A stretch of DNA of 59,614 nucleotides from Gemmatimonadota bacterium (GTDB taxonomy: Bacteria > Gemmatimonadota > Gemmatimonadetes > Palauibacterales > Palauibacteraceae), in assembly GCA_039714435.1 (NCBI GenBank), contig JBDLJJ010000003.1, positions 1 to 59,614 on the forward strand, read 5' to 3'. Position 1 is the stretch's first letter. Each line of letters starts with the position of its first letter. Positions 28,963-37,605 of the stretch are shown in pieces. Both the position numbers and the translations under genes were made by a program. The notes beneath the pieces are model-generated. The model ran no database searches, was not told the DNA's origin, and saw nothing but the letters and a program-made list of their open reading frames with translations.

Positions 28963-29991
28963 TCAGCGAAACAGGAAGAGCACCAATCCGTTGAGCAGAG
29001 CCATGAGAAGAAGCGTCATACTGGCCCAACCGATACGCCGGAACTCGTGCTTCTGTCCGTAGGTGAGTCCCACGATCACGATGCCGGACATGGTCATCGC
29101 CGTTATCGCCGTGAATACGTGCTGCCCGCTCGCCGCGGCGAGAAGAGAACCCGAGCTCCAGGCCAGGTCGTCGAAGGAAACGATCAACAGGTCGAAAAGA
29201 TTGGAGCCCAGCAAATTGCCGATCGCCATTTCGATCGCTCCGATTCGCACCGCTTGTACCGAAATGATCATTTCCGGCACTGAGGTGGCGAAGGCCATCA
29301 AGAAGGTTCCCACGAATGTCGCCTGCCATCCCATTCCCCTGGCTATGCCGTCTGCGGCTGCCGGGAGCACGATCCCGGCCACCACAACGGCCGCCGCGTT
29401 GCCCGCATAGCGGAAATAGATGTTCCGCGCAGTCAGCGCTGCCAGCTTGGGACTCTGCCGGGCTATTGCTTCATCTCTCTCAAGCACGTGCGCCGCACGC
29501 TCGCGCTTCTCATAGAAAAAGACGCTGCGCGCCGCTACCGCATAAACGATGAATCCGACCGGGGCGTAGATCCCTACACGGCCCAGGCCAAGACTTGGGA
29601 ACTGCTGTTCGAAGGCCAGGAGGCCGGCAATCAGTCCCAGAAGCACGATTCCGAACGCACCGGACAGCACGTGACCCTGATGCAGCCGCGTGTAGATGGA
29701 TTCGGGACGGTGCAGGAAGTCTAACACGACGATGATTAGCAGATTAAAAACGCAGCTACCGAGAGCGCCCCCTATGGCGAGATCGGGAGCATCGAGGAGG
29801 ACCACGGAGCTCAATCCGGATACCAGCTCCGGAAGCGACGTTACCCCGGCCACCAGCACGAATCCGATCCAGGCACCGCCCAGGCCTGTTCGGATGGCGA
29901 TCAAGTCTCCGTACCTGGAGAGCTGCGTCCCCGAATACAGAATCAGTAAGAGACAGGCGGCGAATGCCGACCAGGCCATTATCAGAGACAT
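28963..29991 (-). CDS. Sodium:calcium antiporter (CaCA/YrbG family)
   Basis: Alpha-repeats TSLPEL..GS.VFN and ATSVPE..GNLLGSNLF; about 10 TM helices. Confidence 0.9.
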   Translation of the reverse strand: MSLIMAWSAFAACLLLILYSGTQLSRYGDLIAIRTGLGGAWIGFVLVAGVTSLPELVSGLSSVVLLDAPDLAIGGALGSCVFNLLIIVVLDFLHRPESIYTRLHQGHVLSGAFGIVLLGLIAGLLAFEQQFPSLGLGRVGIYAPVGFIVYAVAARSVFFYEKRERAAHVLERDEAIARQSPKLAALTARNIYFRYAGNAAAVVVAGIVLPAAADGIARGMGWQATFVGTFLMAFATSVPEMIISVQAVRIGAIEMAIGNLLGSNLFDLLIVSFDDLAWSSGSLLAAASGQHVFTAITAMTMSGIVIVGLTYGQKHEFRRIGWASMTLLLMALLNGLVLFLFR

Positions 29992-30017
29992 GGTGTCGCG
30001 CTAGGGTTCCTCTCGTG

Positions 30018-30033
30018 TGGCACGTATCTAGCA
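30018..30033 (+). promoter_or_regulatory. Putative sigma54 promoter
   Basis: TGGCACGTATCTAGCA, a near-consensus -24/-12 motif, upstream of GGAGG and ATG 30063. Confidence 0.65.
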
Positions 30034-30062
30034 CTCAGACCTCTCAAACTATTGGAGGTCTA

Positions 30063-30383
30063 ATGCCGCTTCGAGTACTGCTTTGCACCTTTTTGGCCCT
30101 GTTTTCTGCGGCTGGCTGCGCAGTCGTACCCGAGTCACGGAGATTAACAGACGCCGAGCAGAAGAACTGGCAATCTGTCCATCTGCGGTGGTGGGAGACA
30201 ACCTGCCCGGGTGAGGACTGGTCGCCAATGTACTACAAGATGCGGGTCGTTGACGCCACTGACTTTCAGTATCAGGTCGTGGAAGACGAGGCCTACGGGG
30301 ATCTGCTTCTCGTCGGGAAGCGGCATCTGGGCGATTGGCCGGTGGTTACAGCGGGATTTGCGGAGGCCTGCAGCGAGGCGTAG
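30063..30383 (+). CDS. Hypothetical small lipoprotein
   Basis: GGAGG SD; signal MPLRVLLCTFLALFSAAG-C (lipobox-like). No family recognised. Confidence 0.6.
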   Translation: MPLRVLLCTFLALFSAAGCAVVPESRRLTDAEQKNWQSVHLRWWETTCPGEDWSPMYYKMRVVDATDFQYQVVEDEAYGDLLLVGKRHLGDWPVVTAGFAEACSEA

Positions 30384-30444
30384 AAGCGAGCGCCCGGTCG
30401 AAACCGGACGCTCGCGTCAGTGATAGTCGCGCCCGCAGTCGAGT

Positions 30445-30936
30445 CTACGGGATAGAGTAGGAACTCTCCCACGTGCCCGTGCTCAGATCGCCAATGATGT
30501 CTGTTCTGTGCCAGGAACCGTCGCCCGACATTCCCTCGTACTTGCCGTAGCCTCCGTAGTAAGCGAAGCTGCCGCACAGGCCGGGACAGGCCTCGGTTCC
30601 CCCCTCTTCCACAACCCACCAGTACGATACGCCATCTAGGTCCGCGTCTTTACTAAAGCATGCGCCACTGCCGGAAGTGTCGCTGCCATCCGCCGAAATC
30701 CTAAGGTGGCCGACGCAATCCGCCCGCTGATTGTCCAGTGGATGGTCCTCGTTGTCGGCGAAGGTAGACTGCACGCCGCGAAACATGAGGGCCATACTTC
30801 CATCGGCCATCTCCGCCGTATCCGCGCTGACAACATGGCTGGAGTACTGTCCCTCGGCCTGGCCTGACTGGGCCAGCAGAATCGTGGGACTGCCCATTAG
30901 AAGGGCGGACAGTAAGAGAGAAAAGGATACACGCAT
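30445..30936 (-). CDS. Hypothetical secreted beta-rich protein
   Basis: GGGAGG SD, ATG 30936, signal peptide, four Cys, and a GGYGKYEGMSGDG motif reminiscent of small beta-barrel proteins. Confidence 0.7.
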   Translation of the reverse strand: MRVSFSLLLSALLMGSPTILLAQSGQAEGQYSSHVVSADTAEMADGSMALMFRGVQSTFADNEDHPLDNQRADCVGHLRISADGSDTSGSGACFSKDADLDGVSYWWVVEEGGTEACPGLCGSFAYYGGYGKYEGMSGDGSWHRTDIIGDLSTGTWESSYSIP

Positions 30937-30990
30937 CTGAGCCTCCCAGATTGGGTATGCCTGCAAAGCGGGCTGCAGTATACAAAGGAA

Positions 30991-31182
30991 ATGGAGCTCG
31001 CGCAGTCGAAAAGCGCGATTCCGGAAGAGGACCTCAGTTTCTTCTCGACCGTGGATGAGGTTCGAGGTCGCTTTTGACCCGGACTTGGGATACCCGACGA
31101 ATGCCGACGTGGACATCTCGTTCAGATTGCAGACGAAGAGTACTCATTCACCGCCAGCGCGCTACGTGAGGAAGCGTCGTGA
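30991..31182 (+). pseudogene. Degraded gene fragment resembling a DUF6174-type domain
   Basis: Three frame segments: ...IPEEDLSFFSTVDE / FEVAFDPDLGYPTNADVDIS / QIADEEYSFTASALREEAS*. The family resemblance is from memory of the DxxxGYP...D.E pattern. Confidence 0.45.
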
Positions 31183-31329
31183 GGGCGGCGATGGGATTCG
31201 TGCACAACCGTTTGCTTTGGTGAGGGTGAGCGACGGGACTCGTGCGCAGCCGTTTACGAGCCGTGCGAGTAAACGTACCCGCGGCCATTAACTGGCGGCT
31301 GTCTTGGTGAGGGTGAGCGACGGGACTCG
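31179..31329. repeat. Direct repeats of the tRNA-His 3' end (att-like scars)
   Basis: TTGGTGAGGGTGAGCGACGGGACTCG is exact at 31217-31242 and 31304-31329. A degenerate third copy lies at 31179-31200. Confidence 0.85.
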
Positions 31330-31386
31330 AACCCGCGACCTCCAGGGCCACAACCTGGCGCTCTAACCACCTGAGCTACGCCCACC
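31312..31386 (-). tRNA. tRNA-His(GUG) with encoded G-1; CCA not encoded
   Basis: GGTGGGCGTAGCTCAGGTGGTTAGAGCGCCAGGTTGTGGCCCTGGAGGTCGCGGGTTCGAGTCCCGTCGCTCACC: anticodon stem CCAGG/CCTGG, loop TTGTGGC, T-loop GTTCGAG, discriminator C. Confidence 0.96.
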
Positions 31387-32604
31387 ATGATCCGGCCCGG
31401 CAAATGTATCGCTCAGGTCAGCCCCGGCAAGCACCGCTCCCTGCCCCGACGATGTCGCCTCCAGCAAGAGCCACGCGAAGACGCCCGCGCCCACGAGGGA
31501 GTACTCACCGGGCCACAGCGGAGTGTAGATGCTGATCCACTGCAGCAGCCAGATCGCACCGACAGCTACCCCGATTCCCCTCCATGCCACGATACTGTAG
31601 CGGGCGCGGCTCATCCACCACACCGCGGCTGGCACAGCCAGAACGAGCCCATCATAGAAATTCGTATAGATGTTGGCGGATACTACGGCCAGAACCGTCA
31701 CCGCGACCTGCTGAGCCACACTCTGGCTGCGGAGCCAAACCCGGAGGCACACGGCAAGGACGAGCGCTTCGCTGACGAGCCACAGCCAGTGGCCCGCGCC
31801 GCTGCCCAGGCCGAGTACGTTCTGGAAGAAGGAGTGCGTCGTGATCAGCTTGTTTAGGGGGTAAGCGTCCGTGTTCATGACGACGGCGCGCCAGCCCTCG
31901 CTGCTGGTCAGAAAGGCATCCCAGATTCCCCAGCCCATGGGCGCGGTCGAAGCCAGCATCAGCGCTCCCACCGCAGCGGTGGCACCCAGCGTTCGCCAGC
32001 GCCGCGTGACCGCCAGCCATAGTACAAAACCGAGCACCCAGTTCGGTTTGAATCCGAGCAGCCCGATCAGCAGGCCGGCCAGAATCTCCTTGTCCTGCTT
32101 CAGAGCCCACAGCGCGCCGGCCACCAGGAGCAGGATGAGAGCGCTGTTCTGGGCCATTACGAAGACGGAAATAAAAGCCGACGAAGCAAACACTGCGAGC
32201 GCTACAGTGTCGAACCGCGCCCCGGCGGGCAGAGAGCGCCTGAGCAGGATCAGCGCCCAGCCCGTGGCTCCCATGACCACCGCCAGAAGCAGAGCGTAGG
32301 CGACGGCCGGCGGCAGAAGCGCCGCCGGGATCCAGGCGTAAAGTGCGTAGGGCGGGTACAGCCAGAAGTATCCGGTGGAGAAATCCGTCGAGTACAGGCC
32401 CTCGGTGCCGGTCTCCAGGAAAGCCCGGGCCGCCGACCAGGCGACATACCAGTCGCGCTGCCAGAAGGCGGGGTTCAGTCGGTTCTGCCACACGGAAATC
32501 AGCCAGGCGGCGACGCCCAACACGGCAAGCGTTAGAAAGACGACGTTGAGGATTCCGAGCCGCCGGGCGGCGGCAAGCGGGGACCGGCGTGTTCTCGATG
32601 TCAT
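31363..32604 (-). CDS. Glycosyltransferase family 87 (DUF2029, GT-C fold) membrane protein
   Basis: DW...W, WLYPP, AQNS, GLLGFKP motifs; many TM helices. Confidence 0.8.
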   Translation of the reverse strand: MTSRTRRSPLAAARRLGILNVVFLTLAVLGVAAWLISVWQNRLNPAFWQRDWYVAWSAARAFLETGTEGLYSTDFSTGYFWLYPPYALYAWIPAALLPPAVAYALLLAVVMGATGWALILLRRSLPAGARFDTVALAVFASSAFISVFVMAQNSALILLLVAGALWALKQDKEILAGLLIGLLGFKPNWVLGFVLWLAVTRRWRTLGATAAVGALMLASTAPMGWGIWDAFLTSSEGWRAVVMNTDAYPLNKLITTHSFFQNVLGLGSGAGHWLWLVSEALVLAVCLRVWLRSQSVAQQVAVTVLAVVSANIYTNFYDGLVLAVPAAVWWMSRARYSIVAWRGIGVAVGAIWLLQWISIYTPLWPGEYSLVGAGVFAWLLLEATSSGQGAVLAGADLSDTFAGPDHGGRSSGG

Positions 32605-32738
32605 GTACTAAAAATGTATGTCGCGGGATGCCCGGCTACCAGCCGCGCAGGCGGGTGCTGGAGCCCGGCTTTGACAACCCGGTGCGCGAAAGTCACCTCA
32701 CCCCTATCTTCGCGGCTTCCCTGGAGAGAAATAATAGG

Positions 32739-33836
32739 ATGTCCAAGCTAGCCATAGGTGTTGTCGGTCTGCCCAACGTGGGTAAGTCGACACTGTTCCG
32801 CGCTCTCACGGCCGTGTCCGTTCCGGCCGCGAACTATCCGTTCTGCACCATCGACCCCAATGTCGGCGTGGTCGAGGTCCCGGACCCACGACTCGATCGT
32901 CTAGCTGAACTCGTGCAGCCCCAGGACGTCATCGCCACGGTAGTCGAGTTCGTGGACATCGCCGGACTCGTCAAAGGGGCTTCAGAGGGCGAAGGTCTGG
33001 GCAACAAGTTCCTCCAGAACATCCGCGAGGTGGACGCGATCGCTCATGTGATTCGCTGCTTCGAGGATGAAGCTGTGGTGCGGGTCGGACAGGATCCGCT
33101 GCACGACCGCGAGGTCGTGGAGATGGAGCTGGCGCTGTCGGACCTGGATCAGGTCGCCCGGGCTCTGGACCGTACCGAGCGCCGGGCCAGAACCGGCGAC
33201 AAAGACGCCAAGGCCGAGGCTGCCGTTCTGAGCCGGCTCGTGGCGCGCCTGGAGGCGGGTGAGCCGGCGCGGGCCGAGCCTCTCAGCGAGGATGATCGCA
33301 GGGCCGTCCGCTCTCTCAATCTTCTCACGCTCAAGCCAACGCTGTATGTGGCCAATGTGTCCGAGGACATGGTGGGCCAGGACGCACAAACCGTGCAGAC
33401 GCTGCGGGACGCACTGCTCGCCGAGGATTCCGGCGCTGTCGTCGTAGAGGTCTGCGCCCAACTGGAATCCGACGTACTCGAGCTGGACGAGTCGGAGCGC
33501 CACGAATACCTGGAGGCTCATGGGGTCGAGACGGGCGGGCTAGACCGTCTTATACACGCTGGCTACAAACTGCTCGGACTGCAGACCTTCTTTACCGTGG
33601 GCGAGAAGGAAGTCCGGGCCTGGACCCTGCATGTGGGAGCCAAAGCTCCCGAAGCCGCCGGAGAGATTCACACGGACTTCGAGAAGGGCTTTATTCGAGC
33701 CGAAACCATCGCATACGAGGACTTCGTCGAGGCGGGCTCCTTGAAACGATCACGAGAACTCGGCAAGATGCGCCTGGAAGGCAAAGAGTATGTAGTGCAG
33801 GACGGAGACGTTATGCTGTTTCGGGCTGCGCCGTAG
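32739..33836 (+). CDS. ychF: Redox-regulated ATPase YchF (Obg family)
   Basis: [58 protein letters not shown]. Confidence 0.97.
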   Translation: MSKLAIGVVGLPNVGKSTLFRALTAVSVPAANYPFCTIDPNVGVVEVPDPRLDRLAELVQPQDVIATVVEFVDIAGLVKGASEGEGLGNKFLQNIREVDAIAHVIRCFEDEAVVRVGQDPLHDREVVEMELALSDLDQVARALDRTERRARTGDKDAKAEAAVLSRLVARLEAGEPARAEPLSEDDRRAVRSLNLLTLKPTLYVANVSEDMVGQDAQTVQTLRDALLAEDSGAVVVEVCAQLESDVLELDESERHEYLEAHGVETGGLDRLIHAGYKLLGLQTFFTVGEKEVRAWTLHVGAKAPEAAGEIHTDFEKGFIRAETIAYEDFVEAGSLKRSRELGKMRLEGKEYVVQDGDVMLFRAAP

Positions 33837-33938
33837 GGCGCCAATGAGGGACGACGAAACCTTGACGTCCGAATAGCCGTACGAAGCAATGTGTATACTC
33901 AGCGAACGTTCGCTCTTGGAGGAGCTAGTCAGCATCCA

Positions 33939-34448
33939 ATGATGTCAGAAGCGCCTGCTGTGCGGGACGGTGAGGGTTACCGAGACGGACTCGGGTACGC
34001 CTTGTGGTGCGCCTGGTTTGTCGGCCTGGCTGGCCTGCACAGGATCTATCTGGGGAAGTATGCCTCGGGAATCCTCTGGATGTTCACGTTCGGACTGTTC
34101 GGCGTAGGTCAGATCATCGATCTGTTCTCGATGAAGAAGTTGGTCCGCGAGGCCAACATCCGGCAGGGTTACCTGCCCCACCCTCGTTGGGTCGGCGAAC
34201 TGAACCGTTACGCGCGGCCGGTCGCCGGACTCCAGGGTCCGCCGGCCAAGCCGCTCAAGCATCTCCTTCTCGACGCGGCAGTCGAACGCGGCGGAGAGCT
34301 GTCGGTCACCGAAGGCGTGGCCGCAACCGGCGCCAGCTTCGAGGCGGTCGAGAAGACTCTCGACGAGCTACTCAGCACAGGCTACGTGGACATCGACAAC
34401 CGCCCCGACAGTGGCGTGATCGTGTACCGCTTTACGGAGCTGCGTTAG
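33939..34448 (+). CDS. TM2 (NINE) domain protein with C-terminal winged-helix-like segment
   Basis: GLHRIYLGK...GILW..TFGLFG.GQIIDL. Start is uncertain (33891 or 33939). Confidence 0.8.
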   Translation: MMSEAPAVRDGEGYRDGLGYALWCAWFVGLAGLHRIYLGKYASGILWMFTFGLFGVGQIIDLFSMKKLVREANIRQGYLPHPRWVGELNRYARPVAGLQGPPAKPLKHLLLDAAVERGGELSVTEGVAATGASFEAVEKTLDELLSTGYVDIDNRPDSGVIVYRFTELR

Positions 34449-34482
34449 AGTCTTCGCCGCGCGCCCTGGCGACCGGTCCCTT

Positions 34483-35934
34483 TTACTCCGGAATCGTGAC
34501 GTCGAGCGTTACGATCTCGCCGAATTCGTCCAGCGGACGGTCCAGGCGCTCGGGATCAGCCACAGCCAGCATTACCAGCTGATCCGGGTGCAGATGCCGC
34601 TGCGCGGCCGCTTGCACGTCAGCCGTCGTGACCGCCGTGATCCCGGTTCGTATCTGCTGCAGAAAGTCCGCCGGATAGCCGTAGTACTCGTACAGCATCT
34701 GCCGGCCTACAATTTCCCCAGGTGAGTCGAAATTGAAGATGAACGAGTTGAGGAAGGCATTCTTGGCGTAGTTAAGCTCCTCTTCGCTCACTTCGCCGCT
34801 CTTCATGTACTCGATCTCCGCTAGCACAGCCTCCAGGGCCTCGGCGGTAGACTCGAGTTTCGTCTGGCCCCCGACCTGGAAAATGCCCGGGTAGTCGTAG
34901 CTTGCCCCCACGGACCCGAAGATCGAATAGGCGAGACCTTTTTCTGACCGGATCTTGTTGAACAGCCGGGACGCGAAGCCCTGACCAAAGATCTTGTTCA
35001 TGACCTGAACCGCGAAGTAGTCCGGGTTGTCTACGGTCGTGCCCAGGTGTCCGACCCGGAAGTTCGACTGAGTGAGGTCAGTCTTCTCCACGAAGTAAAC
35101 TGTCCCGGCTTTGGCCGGCGCAATCTGGAACTCCCGAGGTAGATCGACTTCCGCCCGCTCCCAGTCCCCGAACTCGCTCTCGATCGCGGCCAGTACCTCG
35201 GCCCGGTCGAAGTCGCCCGTAACTCCAAGCATGATTTGGTTGGGGTGGTAATACTTGGCGTGAAAGTCGATGAGGTCCTGGCGCGTAATCGCATCAATTG
35301 TAGCGTTTTCAGTATGCCGCGCATACGGGCTCGCAGCACCGTAAACCAGCTTGGCGAACTCGCGCCCCGTGATACTTCCCGGAGAGTCGTTCCGCCTCGC
35401 GATTGCGCTCTTTCGCTGAACCTTGGCCTCTTCGATCTTGTCGGCCTCGAACTGTGGCCGGCGCAGCATGTCGGCCAGCACTGGAAAAACATCACCGAAG
35501 CTTTCCTTCAGCACTCCCATGCCCGCGGTGCCCACACTGGATCCGATACCTCCGCCCAGAGAGGCGGCCCGGTCCTCCAGGAACAGATCCACCTCCGCGC
35601 CTGTCCGGTCACCCGCTCCACCTGTGCGCATGACGCTTGCCGTGATGCTGGCCAGCCCGACCTTCTCGACCGGTTCATAACGGCTACCCGTCCTGATTCT
35701 TACGCTCACGTTAATAAGCGGGAGCTCATGTTCCTCGAGCAGGAAGACGACCATCCCATTGGGCATTTCCACTCGCTCAGCCTGCGGGATTTCGATCTCG
35801 TTCAGTGGTGGGTACTCGATGTCGGCGGGCGTCAGGGCCTGGCCTGCCGCCTGAGGAGCCGCCACCATACCGGTAGCCGCTACAGCCAGCAGCGCGACCG
35901 TGGTCCTGGGCAGTCGGATTGTGATCGCATTCAT
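34483..35934 (-). CDS. M16 (pitrilysin) peptidase, non-catalytic subunit
   Basis: Signal peptide, M16 fold motifs, SRLF..IRSEKGLAY, lacks HxxEH. Confidence 0.88.
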   Translation of the reverse strand: MNAITIRLPRTTVALLAVAATGMVAAPQAAGQALTPADIEYPPLNEIEIPQAERVEMPNGMVVFLLEEHELPLINVSVRIRTGSRYEPVEKVGLASITASVMRTGGAGDRTGAEVDLFLEDRAASLGGGIGSSVGTAGMGVLKESFGDVFPVLADMLRRPQFEADKIEEAKVQRKSAIARRNDSPGSITGREFAKLVYGAASPYARHTENATIDAITRQDLIDFHAKYYHPNQIMLGVTGDFDRAEVLAAIESEFGDWERAEVDLPREFQIAPAKAGTVYFVEKTDLTQSNFRVGHLGTTVDNPDYFAVQVMNKIFGQGFASRLFNKIRSEKGLAYSIFGSVGASYDYPGIFQVGGQTKLESTAEALEAVLAEIEYMKSGEVSEEELNYAKNAFLNSFIFNFDSPGEIVGRQMLYEYYGYPADFLQQIRTGITAVTTADVQAAAQRHLHPDQLVMLAVADPERLDRPLDEFGEIVTLDVTIPE

Positions 35935-37442
35935 GACGTTGCCTCCTCTTTCGACTCGGTCGCGATCATGCCGACCGTGCGGCGCTGATTATCGAAGTAC
36001 TGGTTCGCGACCCGCTGCAGATCCTCCGCCGTCAACTCCTGGATCGCGTCGATGTTGTGGAACAGGTTGCGCCAGTCGCCCGTCTTGGTGTGCACGTTAG
36101 CCAGCCGCAAAGCGAGCCCGCTGTTGGAATCGAGTTGCCGGATGAGGCTGGCGCGCAGCTTTGTCTTGGCACGGTTCAGTTCCGCTTCCGACACGAGTTC
36201 AGTCTTTAGGCGCGCTACCTCGATGTCGATCGCGGAAGCGACCTCGTTGTTCTCGTGTCCGGCGGCCGTCGTCGCGTAAAAGATCATCTGGCTCGGATAC
36301 TTGTCACCGGGAAAGCCCGGAAAGGCCCCGGTGGAAAACGCGATCTTCTCGTCAGTGACGAGGCGCTTGTAGAGACGGGAGGACCTGCCGTTGGACAGAA
36401 CCGTGGACAGCACCTGCAGGGCCTGATAGTCAGGGTGCGTAACCGCCGGGATCGGATAGCCCACCAGGTACCAGGGCTGTCCCGGATCGGTAAGCTTCAC
36501 CATGCGCTCCGCCTTGACCACAGGCTCCACGGTCTCGATAGGGGCCGGTTCTTCTCCCCTGGGGATGCGGCCGAAGTATGACTCCAGCGTGGCTATCGTC
36601 TCCTCAGGCTCGATGTCCCCCACAATCGCGATCGTCATATTCTGCGGCACATAGTGCTTCTCGAAGTAGGCCTGCGCGTCTTCGCGGCTGATCGTCTTCA
36701 GATCAGACATGTGGCCCACCACCGGCTGCGCGTAGGGATGCGCGGTGAATGCGGTCGCGACGAACTGTTCGACCAGGCGCCCGATTGGCTGGCTCTCGGT
36801 CCTCAGGCGCCGCTCCTCCATTACCACGTTGCGCTCTTTGTAGAACTCGCGCAGAACTCCGCTCCGGTAGCGCTCCGACTCCAGGTAGGCCCACAGCTCG
36901 GCCTTGTTGGACGGTAGGGAGAAAAAGTAGACAGTGGCGTCGGCGTTGGTGAATGCGTTGAGGCCCTGCCCCCCCTCCCTCTCGATGATCTGTCCGAATT
37001 CGTTAGGGACCACAAAGCTCGCGGCTTCATCCTGCGCCGTCTTGAACTCGGCTTCCAGAGCGGCCAGGGCGTCTGCATCCCCCGCCCGGCGGGCCTTGAC
37101 GATCTTGGCGTAGACCACATCCACGTTGGCCATGGCCGCCTTTTCCGCTTCAGCGTCCTTCGTGCCCACGAGGTGGGTGCCCTTGAAGGCCATGTGCTCG
37201 AACAGGTGAGAGATCCCTGTCTTCCCGGTAAGCTCGTTGACGGCTCCCACATCCACCCAGTTGACGAAGGCCGTGACTGGGGCGTCGTGCTTCTCGACCA
37301 AGATCACATCAATCCCGTTCGACAGCGTCGCCTCGGTAACCTTTCCTTCGAAGTCCTCCAGACTCTGGGCTCTGAGAGTGGTGGGCACGACGGCTAGCAC
37401 TGCGAGAAGTAGATAGACAAAACGGGCGGGACTCATCTGCAC
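35931..37442 (-). CDS. M16 (pitrilysin) zinc peptidase, catalytic subunit
   Basis: GISHLFEHMAFKGT (HxxEH), NAFT, ERNVVMEERR; signal peptide. Confidence 0.93.
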   Translation of the reverse strand: MQMSPARFVYLLLAVLAVVPTTLRAQSLEDFEGKVTEATLSNGIDVILVEKHDAPVTAFVNWVDVGAVNELTGKTGISHLFEHMAFKGTHLVGTKDAEAEKAAMANVDVVYAKIVKARRAGDADALAALEAEFKTAQDEAASFVVPNEFGQIIEREGGQGLNAFTNADATVYFFSLPSNKAELWAYLESERYRSGVLREFYKERNVVMEERRLRTESQPIGRLVEQFVATAFTAHPYAQPVVGHMSDLKTISREDAQAYFEKHYVPQNMTIAIVGDIEPEETIATLESYFGRIPRGEEPAPIETVEPVVKAERMVKLTDPGQPWYLVGYPIPAVTHPDYQALQVLSTVLSNGRSSRLYKRLVTDEKIAFSTGAFPGFPGDKYPSQMIFYATTAAGHENNEVASAIDIEVARLKTELVSEAELNRAKTKLRASLIRQLDSNSGLALRLANVHTKTGDWRNLFHNIDAIQELTAEDLQRVANQYFDNQRRTVGMIATESKEEATS

Positions 37443-37605
37443 CTCCTCCTGAAACTGCAGGCACCTGCACTGATGCCGGCGAATCTAGGGGCCCGGCGGG
37501 ACTGCCGCGAGTTTTCCACACTGAAAAACTTGACCGTCGGGCGCCTCCCTTGTAGCTCAGACTACTCTTCGAGTGCCACGAGGGTCCCCCACTAGGTCGA
37601 TACGA

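Noticed and set aside
722-31311. The stress block as an intact mobile element integrated at tRNA-His
   Set aside because: No integrase, transposase or transfer genes, and I saw no distal copy of the att repeat near the left end. The repeats lie within 150 bp of the tRNA.
31179-31329. Repeats as a mini-CRISPR array
   Set aside because: The repeat is the tRNA 3' end, spacing is irregular (about 41 and 87 bp), and there are no cas genes.
31148-31351. 67-aa minus-strand ORF with an internal repeat (SPVAHPHQ x2)
   Set aside because: It is a translation artefact of the tRNA and its duplicated 3' end.
32671-32710. TTGACA upstream of ychF as a sigma70 promoter
   Set aside because: The nearest -10-like hexamer (TATCTT) is 28 nt away, so the spacing is incompatible.
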